From Planctomycetota bacterium (GTDB taxonomy: Bacteria; Planctomycetota; GCA-002687715; CAIWVZ01), in the NCBI GenBank assembly GCA_044222185.1, contig JBGANV010000002.1, positions 800,001 to 864,000 on the forward strand: DNA of 64,000 bases, read 5' to 3'. Each line of letters opens with the position of its first letter. Position 1 is the first letter of the stretch. Of the stretch, positions 1 to 9,321 are shown piece by piece. Under the pieces are notes generated by a model. It ran no database searches. It was not told the origin of the DNA and saw only the letters and a program-made list of their open reading frames with translations. Both the position numbers and the translations under genes were made by a program.

Positions 1-3000
1 AGGACGAAGTTCTCGACGGGCGTCGGCCATTGCGCGATCGGCGTCGGGACGGCGAGATCGACCAGGAGACTGAGCGGCGCGCCGGGCAGGCCGCCGTCGA
101 CGATGGCGACATAGGCCTCACCGGGGAACGGGTCGAGCGGCCTGCGGATCACGGTTCCGACGTTCGCTCCGCCGATCCCCACGGGAATCGCCACGGTGTT
201 CGAGATGGCGAAGTGCCCATTCTCGACCGTGAGGGCGACGCCACCCGCGGCGTGGGTTTCGAGGACCTGGGGTCCGACGGAACACACGAGCTGCGTCGCG
301 CTGACGAACGTCGTCGGAAGGGTGGTCACGCCGGCGTGAACGACGGCGCCGGGAAGAAATCGCGCGCCCGTCAGCGTGACGTCGACCGATGGGGACGCCG
401 CCGTCATCAACGGCAGCGTGGCCGGCGACGTGGTCGTGATCGCCGGCGCTTCGACGAACAGAGGCAGCGACGCCGAGATCCCACCGCCAGGCGACGCCGC
501 GATGACGGTGACGGCCGCCGTCGTCGGCGACAGGATCAACAACGCGCCAACCTGCGCCGTGAGGGTGGTCGAGTCCACGAACGTGGTGGGAAGGAACGCC
601 GAGTTCAACCGGACCGCGCTGCCGGGAAACACGGGCGTGGCGGGCGACACGAGGACCGTCAGGGTGACGTTCGTGCTGCCGGCGATCACGTGATCGGGGG
701 TGACCTGCACGAGGATCGGCGTCGGCGCCAGCACCGTGAACGGAACCGTGGACGACGTTCCGCCGCCGGGCAGGGGATTGGTGACGCGGAGGGTGTGCGC
801 ACCCGGTGTTGCGATGAGCGCCGCCGGGATCGTCGCCACGATCGTCGTGGGCGAAAGGCTGGTGATCGCGAGCGCCGTGGCCCCGTCCCATCGAACCGAC
901 GTCAGCGCGTTGAAGCCCGTCCCGGTGAGCGTGACGCCCAAGTCCGCACTGCCGGCACCGGTCGAGTTGGGACTGACGGACGCCAGCGTGGGCGCGGGCT
1001 GCGACTGTGGAGTGACCGTCACCGAGGCCGTCGCGCCGGACACGGTGCCCGAGCCGCGACGCACGAGGACGGCGTGCCATCCCGGTTGCAGCAAGACACC
1101 TTGCTGCGTTCCAAACCCGGCCGAGAGATCAGCCGTCGTCCGGGACCGCCACTCCGACGACGTGCCCGGCTTGAACAGCGACCACGCATATCCCGTCGGA
1201 CCCGACACCGCGATGTCGAAGAGCCCCGGGAACGTGACCTCGAACTCGAAGACGTGAACGCGCGGGAACGTGGCGAATGCCGCCGTGCCGCCGAGCGAGC
1301 CGACGCTCAACGTCGTGATGCCCGACTCGAGCAGCGTCGCCGACGTGTGCGTCGCCGAGTTGTTGTAGACGATGCCCTCCGTGGACGAGATCGCCCCCAA
1401 GTGACCGTTGGCGAGCACCGCGGAAGTGTCCGTCGCGAACGACCCGCCGGTTCCGATCGCGAGGCCGAACCCTGAGTTGATCGCGAGCGTGGATCCCGTG
1501 ATGGCGAGTGCGTTCCACTTCCCAGCCACGGGCGCGCACGTGAAGGCATGGCTTGCGGGCGTGTTCGAGACCGTGGCCGTCGCTCCGGGTCCGCTCAAGG
1601 TCACGTGCGTCGACGAATCCGCGAGACGGATCGTGAGCGGGAGGTCGGACGTGGCCGGCGCCCCCTGCCGCACGATGGCGAGGCCCATCGTCCGCACGAC
1701 GCCTCCCGTCGTCACGAGCGTGACGTTGCCGCCGCCGTCACCGACGGTCCCGCTCTGCACGACTTGTGTCGCGCCTTCGAATCCCGATCCCAGACTCGCG
1801 AGCAGATACCACTTGAGCGACGGGTCACCGGCCGTCGTCAACTCGTAGCCGACGGTCACCGAAGTGGAGACTTCGAACACGCGAATCAGGTGACCGGCGG
1901 GCATGGACGTCAGGATGTACCCGCCGCTTCCGAGCGACGTCGCCGATGCGAGCTCGATCGTCGCCGGACCCGACCCCGACTGCCGCGTGATCAGGCCGGC
2001 CGTCGGCGTGGGAAATCCGTTGTGACCGTCGGCCGCGGCGAATTCCGTCGTGGGCGCCGGATTGGACCCGTCGGCGGCCCCCAGCGTCAGATCCCAATCA
2101 TCCGCCGATCCGACGGCGACGGCGTTCCAGACTCCGGCCGTCGGCGACAGCGTGAACGCCTCGCAGGCGCTCGTCGTGACTTGGGGGATGCCGGCGCTGA
2201 GTGCCAGCGGCGGGTGCGACTGGCACACGCTCAGTGCGACGGAATCCGCCGACAGGAACTGCGCCGGGCCGCCGTTGCGATAGATGACGACGCAATGGAA
2301 TCCCGGGTTGAGCGCGATCGTCGTCGGGGCTCCCATCGCCCGGTCGACGAGCACCTGCGTCGAGCGCGGCGCCCACGTGGAAACCACGGCGGGAGAGTAG
2401 AGCGCCCACCGCAGCGAGGGATCTCCGGCGACGTTCAGGTCGTAGCTTCCCGCCGTCGTCACCTCGAATTCGAACGCGGAGAGCACGGTGCTCGTGGTCC
2501 ACGGCCGCGCGCCCGTCTGGTTCATCGGGACGACCTGCGCGGCGGAGAATTGCGCCTGGCCGGGCGCCGACCCCCCGAATCGCGTGATCCTCCCGATCGT
2601 CGGCGGGATGGTGCCGTTGTGGCCGTTCGTCACGAGATAGTCGCAGACGTCGTTCGCGAACACGGACTGGACGTTCCCAAACGCGATGTCCCAATCACTC
2701 GGGGACGAGACGCCGACGACGTTCCAGCGGCCGGCGACCGGCGCGCAGCTGAAGACCGCGTCGGAGCACGACGTGGAGATGCTCCCCACGTTCGTGAGGT
2801 GGAAGCTGGCGCACCCGTTCACGGATGCGATGGCGAGCGAGAGCGGCGTGCTCGTCGCGCTCGTGCCGCGATTCGTTCCGCCGGATTGCGTGCAGCCGCC
2901 GCTCGTATGGATTCCGACTGCGGTGGTCCCGAAGATCGTCGAGACGAGGATCGGGGATCCGTCCGAGCCGGCTTCCGTGTCGACGTCGTGGTTGAGGATC

Positions 3001-3902
3001 GTGCCGCTGCCCGCGGACACGCTCCCCGTGGCCGTTTGCTGGACTTCATTTCGCGTCAGGTCCGGCGTCGAGTCCTGGCCGAATCCGGTCACCGAGCAGT
3101 TGAACGGCCCGGATCCGAGGCTCGCGAACGGATACGACCCGACCAGGCCGATCGGATCCCCGTTCACGTTCGGGAAGAAGCGGCCCACGGCCCAGTCGAG
3201 TCCGGGTCCCTGCGAGTTGAACTGGAACGACGAGTTCTGTGCGGGGAACTGATTGACGATCGCCGGATGGAGGATGATCCCGGACGAAGTCGAGAGCGGG
3301 ACGTTCCGCTCCGCGACGACCGACAGCCCCGTGAATCCCGCGAAGAAGTGTCCGGCGCTCAACACGGTCGTCGCACCGGAGATGACGAACCCGGTGCAGC
3401 GATTCGCACCCTGGTTCGTGTTGATGATCAGCCGCACGACGCGTTGGTCGATGCTCAGCGTGCGATCGTCCGTGAAGCAGACGGTCTCGGGGAGCAGCGG
3501 GGCCACTTGCACCATGGCGCCGCCGACCGAGACCCGTCCGGCCGACTGAGGGCCGAGCACCAAGGACACGTGCAGTGCGTTCCCGTTGAACCAGCCGGAG
3601 GTGCCTTCCCACTCCATCAGGCCGCGGCCATCGAGGCGGTGCACCTGGCCGTCGAGCGGATTCGTGACGACGATGGCATCCAGCGGACCCGCCAGCTGCG
3701 CCACGTCGAAGCGCAGGCGCATGGTCGCAGCCGCGGGGACGTGGACGGTCTCGCTCCACACCGATGCGATCGACCCCGTTGCATTCGTGAGGAGGCCGCT
3801 GTCCACGGACACGGGCACCGTCGCCGTATTGGGGATCGATTGGCCGCGAAGGGCGCAGGTGAGCACGGCGAAGCTGAGGGCGAAGTTGCGGGCGATCGAC
3901 AT
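1..3902 (-). CDS. Large secreted multidomain protein (>1300 aa, 3' end outside window): signal peptide, pro-domain, trypsin-like domain (probably inactive), three ~200-aa repeats, three IPT/TIG-like domains, start of shared C-terminal domain
   Basis: Absent from the ORF track because there is no stop in the window; translated by hand. ATG at 3902 with GGAG RBS; MSIARNFALSFAVLTCALRG|Q; motifs RCTGF, LSAGHF, DWAV, DTEAGSDGSP; TIG-like PTLASVSP...TLTGTGF...LRVTNP; frame open to base 1. Confidence 0.85.
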   Translation of the reverse strand, partial: MSIARNFALSFAVLTCALRGQSIPNTATVPVSVDSGLLTNATGSIASVWSETVHVPAAATMRLRFDVAQLAGPLDAIVVTNPLDGQVHRLDGRGLMEWEGTSGWFNGNALHVSLVLGPQSAGRVSVGGAMVQVAPLLPETVCFTDDRTLSIDQRVVRLIINTNQGANRCTGFVISGATTVLSAGHFFAGFTGLSVVAERNVPLSTSSGIILHPAIVNQFPAQNSSFQFNSQGPGLDWAVGRFFPNVNGDPIGLVGSYPFASLGSGPFNCSVTGFGQDSTPDLTRNEVQQTATGSVSAGSGTILNHDVDTEAGSDGSPILVSTIFGTTAVGIHTSGGCTQSGGTNRGTSATSTPLSLAIASVNGCASFHLTNVGSISTSCSDAVFSCAPVAGRWNVVGVSSPSDWDIAFGNVQSVFANDVCDYLVTNGHNGTIPPTIGRITRFGGSAPGQAQFSAAQVVPMNQTGARPWTTSTVLSAFEFEVTTAGSYDLNVAGDPSLRWALYSPAVVSTWAPRSTQVLVDRAMGAPTTIALNPGFHCVVIYRNGGPAQFLSADSVALSVCQSHPPLALSAGIPQVTTSACEAFTLSPTAGVWNAVAVGSADDWDLTLGAADGSNPAPTTEFAAADGHNGFPTPTAGLITRQSGSGPATIELASATSLGSGGYILTSMPAGHLIRVFEVSTSVTVGYELTTAGDPSLKWYLLASLGSGFEGATQVVQSGTVGDGGGNVTLVTTGGVVRTMGLAIVRQGAPATSDLPLTIRLADSSTHVTLSGPGATATVSNTPASHAFTCAPVAGKWNALAITGSTLAINSGFGLAIGTGGSFATDTSAVLANGHLGAISSTEGIVYNNSATHTSATLLESGITTLSVGSLGGTAAFATFPRVHVFEFEVTFPGLFDIAVSGPTGYAWSLFKPGTSSEWRSRTTADLSAGFGTQQGVLLQPGWHAVLVRRGSGTVSGATASVTVTPQSQPAPTLASVSPNSTGAGSADLGVTLTGTGFNALTSVRWDGATALAITSLSPTTIVATIPAALIATPGAHTLRVTNPLPGGGTSSTVPFTVLAPTPILVQVTPDHVIAGSTNVTLTVLVSPATPVFPGSAVRLNSAFLPTTFVDSTTLTAQVGALLILSPTTAAVTVIAASPGGGISASLPLFVEAPAITTTSPATLPLMTAASPSVDVTLTGARFLPGAVVHAGVTTLPTTFVSATQLVCSVGPQVLETHAAGGVALTVENGHFAISNTVAIPVGIGGANVGTVIRRPLDPFPGEAYVAIVDGGLPGAPLSLLVDLAVPTPIAQWPTPVENFV

Positions 3903-3989
3903 CCTGGTCTCCGATGCGGCCGGACCTCTGGCCGACGGAAGACGTCATGGGTCGATTGGTGAGAGTCTTACACGGGAAAAAACTTGGGC

Positions 3990-6467
3990 TCAGCGCTCGA
4001 GGCGCCGCGCCGGTCTGACGCCCGTCTCGGGGAGGCGCGCCGTCGGTGGCTCGATGCGCCGGCGGGCTGACCGGAGCTCGTTGGCTTCGTTCGGAAACCC
4101 GCCCCCGCGGCGGATCCTGTGTTCGGCCTCGTCCAGTCCGCCGCGCTCACCGGTGCCAGGCATCCGCGGGTCCTCGTACCGGGCGAAGACGTCCAGGCAC
4201 CACTCGGAGACGTTGCCGGCCACGTCGTGCAATCCGAAGGCGTTCGGGCGTCGTCCGCCCACGGGAGCGAGGGCCTGCACGGAGAAAACGGCCGCCCCGT
4301 CGAGCGTGGCTGCGGTGTCTCCGGTCCACCACGGTGACGTGGTGCCGCCCCGTGCCGCGTATTCCCACTGAGCCTCCGTGGGAAGATCGAGCCCGAGGCT
4401 CGCCATGGCGGCGCGGGCCTCGTTCCAGTCGACGTCGGTGACGGGAAGGACACCGTTCGATTCAACTTCGCCTCGCCCTGCCGGCAGTCCGGGAGTGGAT
4501 CCCGTCGCGCGCGCCCACTGGGAGCGAGTCATCTCGAACTTCGAGAGGAAGTACGCGTCGAGGGGAACGACGTCGAGCGGAGCCTCGTCCGGCGTCGCGC
4601 TCGGGTCGAGATTCGGGCCCGTCGGCGGATCATCCGGACCCGGACGCCGGGCGCCCATGCGCGCGGGCCCGCCGGGGACGAGAACGAGCACGATCCCGGT
4701 GGCCGAGGTGATCACGTACCGGCCGTCTTCATCCTGGGCCGGCGTGTCGCCGCTCAACACCACGAGGAACTCCCAGAGCCCGGACCGCGGATCACGTCGC
4801 AGCGGCGAAAGCCCCGTCTGGGGCCGGATCGCCATGCCGCCGTAGCGCGGACATTCCCTCGAATCCGCGATGGATCGACGGGCCACCTCCCAGGCATCCG
4901 CCGCCGACGCCGCCGACGTTTCGAGCCGCCGGATCTGATCCAACCGCCGCGTGGTCGCCGCGATCGAGCCGCGGAACGGGTCCGGATCCACGAGACGGTC
5001 GAGCCCCGCGACGATGGCGGAGAGCACTCCGTCCTCCCACGTGTCGTGAACGGAGTCGTAAGCGACCGGAGCGGCGACGGGAGGCATCGACGCCTCGATC
5101 CGCTCGATCAACCTACGCAGGTGAGTTTCGGCGGAGGCGGAGTCCGCGCTCGCTGCGGCGAGTTGCGCGAGGCGAACGCGCAGGCCGTGAACCTCACGAA
5201 TCCGCTGGGCCTGTTCCGCGTTCCTCGCCGCCGGGCGCGACTCGGGGCGCCCTCGGGATCGGAGTCGCTCGAGTTCGGCGCGATGGACCGCGAGGCGTCG
5301 AACGAGCGCGTCGGCATCGGCGAGCCACGCCCGCAGCTTCGGCTCGATCGCCGGGGACGGACCCTCCAGCCGTGCAGCGGACGTTTCGAGTTCCACCACG
5401 CGCTGCCGGTCGGCGAGACGCTCGGCACGTTCGACGTCGAGCCGCGCGGACAGGGCGGCGTCGGTCGCGCGCGTCGCCGCGATCGAAGCGCGGTGGACGT
5501 GGCCTCGGAACTCGCCATTCTTGACGGCGGCGACGATCGCCGAGACGGTGAGGAAGACGAGCAGGAAGGCGCCGAGAGCGGCCGACGCCCGATGCCGGGA
5601 CGCCCACCGTGCGGCGCGCGCGACGAGCCCGTAGCGGCGAGCCGTCACGCGTTCGGCTGCGCGCAGTCTCGCGAGGTCGTCGGCGAACGCGTCGACCGTG
5701 GGGTAGCGGCGCGCCGGATCCCGGTCCAACGCGCGGGCGAGCACGGCCTCGAGGTCCCGGGATGCGCCACGCATCACGCTGCGAAGGAGCGGCGCGTCCT
5801 CGCCCTGCAGTCGCGCGATCAGCGCGGCACGGGTCGGAGCTGCGAACGGCGCCTCGCCCGACACCAGTTCGAAGAGCACGGCCCCGAGGGAAAACACGTC
5901 GGAGCGGATGTCCGGGGGGCGGTCGAGACACTCGGGTGCGAGGTACGCCAGCGTGCCGCCCAGGCGCCCGCCCGGCCGATCGTGTCCCGGTTCGGCGAGG
6001 AAACGCGCGACGCCGAAGTCGAGGACGACGCAGCGGCCCTCCTCGGTCACGAGGAGATTGGCGGGCTTCAAATCACCATGCACCACGCCCGCGAGGTGAG
6101 CCGCAGCGACGGCGCGAGCGGCCTCCTCCACGAGGCGTGCGGCTTCTTGCGAGTGCAGCGCGCCGCTCGTCCCGAGCCTCCGCCCTTCGACGAACGACAT
6201 CACGATGTAGGCGCAGCCGTCCTGCACGCCAGCGTCGTGGATCGTGCAGATTCCGGGATGGCGGAGCTTCGAGAGTGCGTCGACTTCCCGGCGAAACCCC
6301 GGCGGGGGCTCCGTCGCGTCCTCGCCGATCGCAGGCGGGAAGATCTTGATCGCGACAGGCCGCGCGAGGGCCGGGTCGTCGGCGAGGTGGACCGTCGCTT
6401 CGCCTCCCCGCCCCAGTTCGCGGAGAAGGCGGTAGCGCCCGAAGGTCTTGGCGTCGGTTGCGCTCAC
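3990..6467 (-). CDS. Membrane Ser/Thr kinase (non-RD) with C-terminal FGE-sulfatase/C-type-lectin-fold domain
   Basis: GTG at 6467 overlaps the upstream stop (GTGA); GRGGEATV, AIK, HGDLKPAN, DFG, APE; TM ASAALGAFLLVFLTVSAIVAAV; FGE motifs LPTEAQWEYAARGG, PNAFGLHDVAGNVSEWC, RGG...GVRP. Confidence 0.88.
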   Translation of the reverse strand: MSATDAKTFGRYRLLRELGRGGEATVHLADDPALARPVAIKIFPPAIGEDATEPPPGFRREVDALSKLRHPGICTIHDAGVQDGCAYIVMSFVEGRRLGTSGALHSQEAARLVEEAARAVAAAHLAGVVHGDLKPANLLVTEEGRCVVLDFGVARFLAEPGHDRPGGRLGGTLAYLAPECLDRPPDIRSDVFSLGAVLFELVSGEAPFAAPTRAALIARLQGEDAPLLRSVMRGASRDLEAVLARALDRDPARRYPTVDAFADDLARLRAAERVTARRYGLVARAARWASRHRASAALGAFLLVFLTVSAIVAAVKNGEFRGHVHRASIAATRATDAALSARLDVERAERLADRQRVVELETSAARLEGPSPAIEPKLRAWLADADALVRRLAVHRAELERLRSRGRPESRPAARNAEQAQRIREVHGLRVRLAQLAAASADSASAETHLRRLIERIEASMPPVAAPVAYDSVHDTWEDGVLSAIVAGLDRLVDPDPFRGSIAATTRRLDQIRRLETSAASAADAWEVARRSIADSRECPRYGGMAIRPQTGLSPLRRDPRSGLWEFLVVLSGDTPAQDEDGRYVITSATGIVLVLVPGGPARMGARRPGPDDPPTGPNLDPSATPDEAPLDVVPLDAYFLSKFEMTRSQWARATGSTPGLPAGRGEVESNGVLPVTDVDWNEARAAMASLGLDLPTEAQWEYAARGGTTSPWWTGDTAATLDGAAVFSVQALAPVGGRRPNAFGLHDVAGNVSEWCLDVFARYEDPRMPGTGERGGLDEAEHRIRRGGGFPNEANELRSARRRIEPPTARLPETGVRPARRLER

Positions 6468-9262
6468 GGACCACCGATCCCCATCGCCGGCCGTACGCCG
6501 ATCCATCCGACCCGTGTTCGTTCGTTCATGCCGAACCGGGCCGAGGACCGACCGTTTCGCGCGACCATGTTGAACGCACCGCCGCGAACGGCGCGTGCGT
6601 CGACGATCCCGGCCGATCGCAGTCCGTCGCCAGGCAATACGGGGATCCTGTAGAACTCCATGCGGTCGCGGCACCACTCGGACACGTTCCCGATCACGTC
6701 GTGAAGTCCAAAAGGGTTGCCGCCGTAGCTGCCCACGGGCGCGGGCCCGCTCCATCCGTCGTCGCGCTCCATGTCGGCGGGGCCCGATGATCCCTCCACC
6801 ACGACCCATCGCGAGTCCGCCATGTTCTCCGTGGACGGCAGCGACGAGAGCGTTCGTCCGCACCACCACGGGGTCGTCGTTCCGCCGCGCGCCGCGGCCT
6901 CCCACTGCGCCTCCGTCGGCATGGAGAGGTCGAGCCGCCGAAGGACTTCTTCGCAGTCGAGGTAGGAGACCTGTTCGACCGGGTTGCGGAGAGTCGGCGC
7001 GTAGCCGTGGTCCCACGCACGATCCGGTCGCGCGTGGCTGGGATTCACGCCGGTCACGCGGAGCCACTGGCCCTGCGTGAGTTCATGCTTCGAGATGAAG
7101 AATGGATCGAGCCTCACCTCGTGGATCGGCGATTCCTTCGGTTGCGCCGCCGGATCGACGTGTCCTCCCGCAGGCTCGTCTTCGTCGGCAGGCGGACGAG
7201 CGCCCATGCGATAGGTGCCCCCTGGGATCAGGACGAGGACGACACCTGAGTCGTCACGAAGGGCGAGCGACCCCGTGGCCGTTCGCTCCGGCGGGTTCCC
7301 GCTGGCGAGGTGGGCGAACTCCCAGAGCCCGGACGTTCGATCGGCGCCGAGGGGAACGAGTCCGAGGATGGGTCGGATGCGCAGTCCTCCATACGCCGGA
7401 TGCAGGCGAACGTCTGCGATCGCCTCGACGGCGCGATTCCAGGGCTCGGCCCGATCCAAGAGGCTCTCGCGTTCCAGCGACCGGGCGAAGGCGAGCCTCT
7501 TCGCCACGGCGGCGCGGGTGCAACCCACACCGTCCGTCGCTCCGAGCGTCTCCAGCGCGGCGACGAGACGCGAGAGGTTGTCGTGAAGCCATCGATCCTC
7601 CACGTGATCGAAGTGCCACGCGGGCCGCAACGCATCGGTGGCGTCGCTCGACCGGATGGCGGCGTCGGCTTTCGCGATCACGTCCTTCAGGTTGGCTCGG
7701 CGTGACTCGGGCATCGCTTCCGCGGAGACCTCCGCCGCGGCCGCCGCGCGCACGCGGCGGATCCGGGCGATCCGGCCATCGGCGGGATCGGCGGCGGTGC
7801 CGTCGGCGGCGACCCGGCGACCGCGCGCGCGGAGCGCCTCCAGCGCGCGCTGATGGGCGGGCAGGCGGCTCATGAGTACGTCCGCATCCGCGAGCCACGC
7901 CTCGATGGCGGCGACGGTCTTGGGGTGGGCCGGCCACAGCTCGGGCTCGCGTTCGATCAAGGCGTCGACGCGCACGAGGTCGTCCAGCCGTTGGAACTGA
8001 TCGAAGCGGGCTTTCGCTTCGGTCGTGGAGGCATCGGCCAGTTCCTCCTGGTGACGGAGCTCGCGCGCGGCGACTTCGATCCTCGCGTTCGCGAACGCGA
8101 GGCCGACGAGGCTCGCGATGAGCACGAGCGGTGGAAGGACGACGAGCGCGGCGGCGGACGGGTTCCGGCGGCACCACGTGAGCGATTTCCGCAGGCGACC
8201 GGCCGGGCGGACCGAAACGGGCAGGCGTCGGCGGACGCGATGCAGGTCGTCGGCGAAGTCCTGCGCCGTCGCGTAGCGGCGATCCGGATCGGGTTCCGTG
8301 GCGACTTGGAGGACGGCGTCCAGATCGGGTGCCGCTCGCAGGTCCGGCCAGCCGGCGCTGCGGAGCAACGCACGCAGCGTCGATCCCAGTCCGAAAACGT
8401 CCGTTCGACGGTCGATCGCGCGTGGGTTGCCTGACGCCTGCTCGGGTGCCATGAACCCCGGGGTCCCGAGGATGTCGCCCGTCTCGGTCAGCCGGCATGG
8501 GTCCTCGTCGAGGAGGCGCGCGAGTCCGAAGTCGAGGATGACCGGGTCGCCGGATGGCGTGACCATGATGTTCCCCGGCTTCACGTCGCGATGGACGAGC
8601 CCCGCTTCGTGGGCCACGTGGAGCGTGCGCGCCGTCGCCTCGATCAGGCCGACGTAGCGATCGAGCGGACCTCGGTCGGATCCGGACGCCGGCGCCGCGC
8701 CATGCTTCGCCATCTCGGATGCCAGCGTGTGGCCCTCCACGTAGGTCATGACGAAGTAGGCGAGGCCGCAAACCTCGCCGGTGTCGTGCACGGAGGCCAG
8801 GCCCGGGTGATCCAGTCGCGCGAGAGCGCGGGCCTCCCGTTGGAAACGACTGGACAGAACGACCGAGCCCGTCCACGGCGCCTTCAGCACCTTCACCGCG
8901 ACGGGTCTCCCGACCTGCGGATCCGTGGCGAGATACACGGTGCCCTGCCCGCCCCGCCCGATCTCGTTCAGGATGCGATAACGGTCGACGTTGCGCAGCG
9001 CGTGCCCCGGCGCCGAGTCCCCGGCGAGCGTTTCGAGCGAGGGGTCGGTGCCACGTGCGCCATCCGTCGCGTCGGCGGACGTGGCGCCTTCGGCATAGAG
9101 AGCCTCGAGACGGCGCCATTCGTCCGAGACGGCGGCCTCCCGCCCCGGGAAGAGGCGGAGGTACTCGGCTTCGGTGCGGATCACACCCCGGTCGCGGTCG
9201 CCGAAGTAAAGTACGACGAACTCGTCACGGGCTTCGTTCGACTCGGCCTCACCGTCCGGCAT
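6464..9262 (-). CDS. Membrane Ser/Thr kinase (RD) with N-terminal helical extension and C-terminal FGE-sulfatase/C-type-lectin-fold domain
   Basis: GRGGQGTV, AVK, HRDVKPGN, DFG, GTPGFMAPE; TM; PTEAQWEAAARGG, NPFGLHDVIGNVSEWC; paralog of the downstream kinase. Confidence 0.9.
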   Translation of the reverse strand: MPDGEAESNEARDEFVVLYFGDRDRGVIRTEAEYLRLFPGREAAVSDEWRRLEALYAEGATSADATDGARGTDPSLETLAGDSAPGHALRNVDRYRILNEIGRGGQGTVYLATDPQVGRPVAVKVLKAPWTGSVVLSSRFQREARALARLDHPGLASVHDTGEVCGLAYFVMTYVEGHTLASEMAKHGAAPASGSDRGPLDRYVGLIEATARTLHVAHEAGLVHRDVKPGNIMVTPSGDPVILDFGLARLLDEDPCRLTETGDILGTPGFMAPEQASGNPRAIDRRTDVFGLGSTLRALLRSAGWPDLRAAPDLDAVLQVATEPDPDRRYATAQDFADDLHRVRRRLPVSVRPAGRLRKSLTWCRRNPSAAALVVLPPLVLIASLVGLAFANARIEVAARELRHQEELADASTTEAKARFDQFQRLDDLVRVDALIEREPELWPAHPKTVAAIEAWLADADVLMSRLPAHQRALEALRARGRRVAADGTAADPADGRIARIRRVRAAAAAEVSAEAMPESRRANLKDVIAKADAAIRSSDATDALRPAWHFDHVEDRWLHDNLSRLVAALETLGATDGVGCTRAAVAKRLAFARSLERESLLDRAEPWNRAVEAIADVRLHPAYGGLRIRPILGLVPLGADRTSGLWEFAHLASGNPPERTATGSLALRDDSGVVLVLIPGGTYRMGARPPADEDEPAGGHVDPAAQPKESPIHEVRLDPFFISKHELTQGQWLRVTGVNPSHARPDRAWDHGYAPTLRNPVEQVSYLDCEEVLRRLDLSMPTEAQWEAAARGGTTTPWWCGRTLSSLPSTENMADSRWVVVEGSSGPADMERDDGWSGPAPVGSYGGNPFGLHDVIGNVSEWCRDRMEFYRIPVLPGDGLRSAGIVDARAVRGGAFNMVARNGRSSARFGMNERTRVGWIGVRPAMGIGGP

Positions 9263-9270
9263 GCCTGCGG

Positions 9271-9276
9271 AGTATA
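9271..9276 (-). promoter_or_regulatory. Putative -10 element (TATACT) of a near-leaderless kinase transcript
   Basis: TATACT ends 8 nt before ATG 9262; no SD sequence. Confidence 0.4.
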
Positions 9277-9321
9277 GGTCCGCCGCCGATCGTCCGGTGA
9301 CATCCGAGAGTCAGCAACATC

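Noticed and set aside
30-3962. Long plus-strand ORFs 30-1475 and 1548-3962
   Set aside because: Arg-rich antisense shadows of the real minus-strand gene, typical of high-GC DNA
3990-6720. Diversity-generating retroelement targeting the FGE/C-type-lectin C-termini
   Set aside because: The fold is a known DGR target, but no reverse transcriptase or adenine-variant template repeat is visible in this window
6468-7067. N-terminal extension of ORF 3990-7067 (likewise extended starts for TolC, kdpB-E, antiporter and anti-sigma)
   Set aside because: Extensions overlap upstream genes; coupled or SD-supported starts fit better
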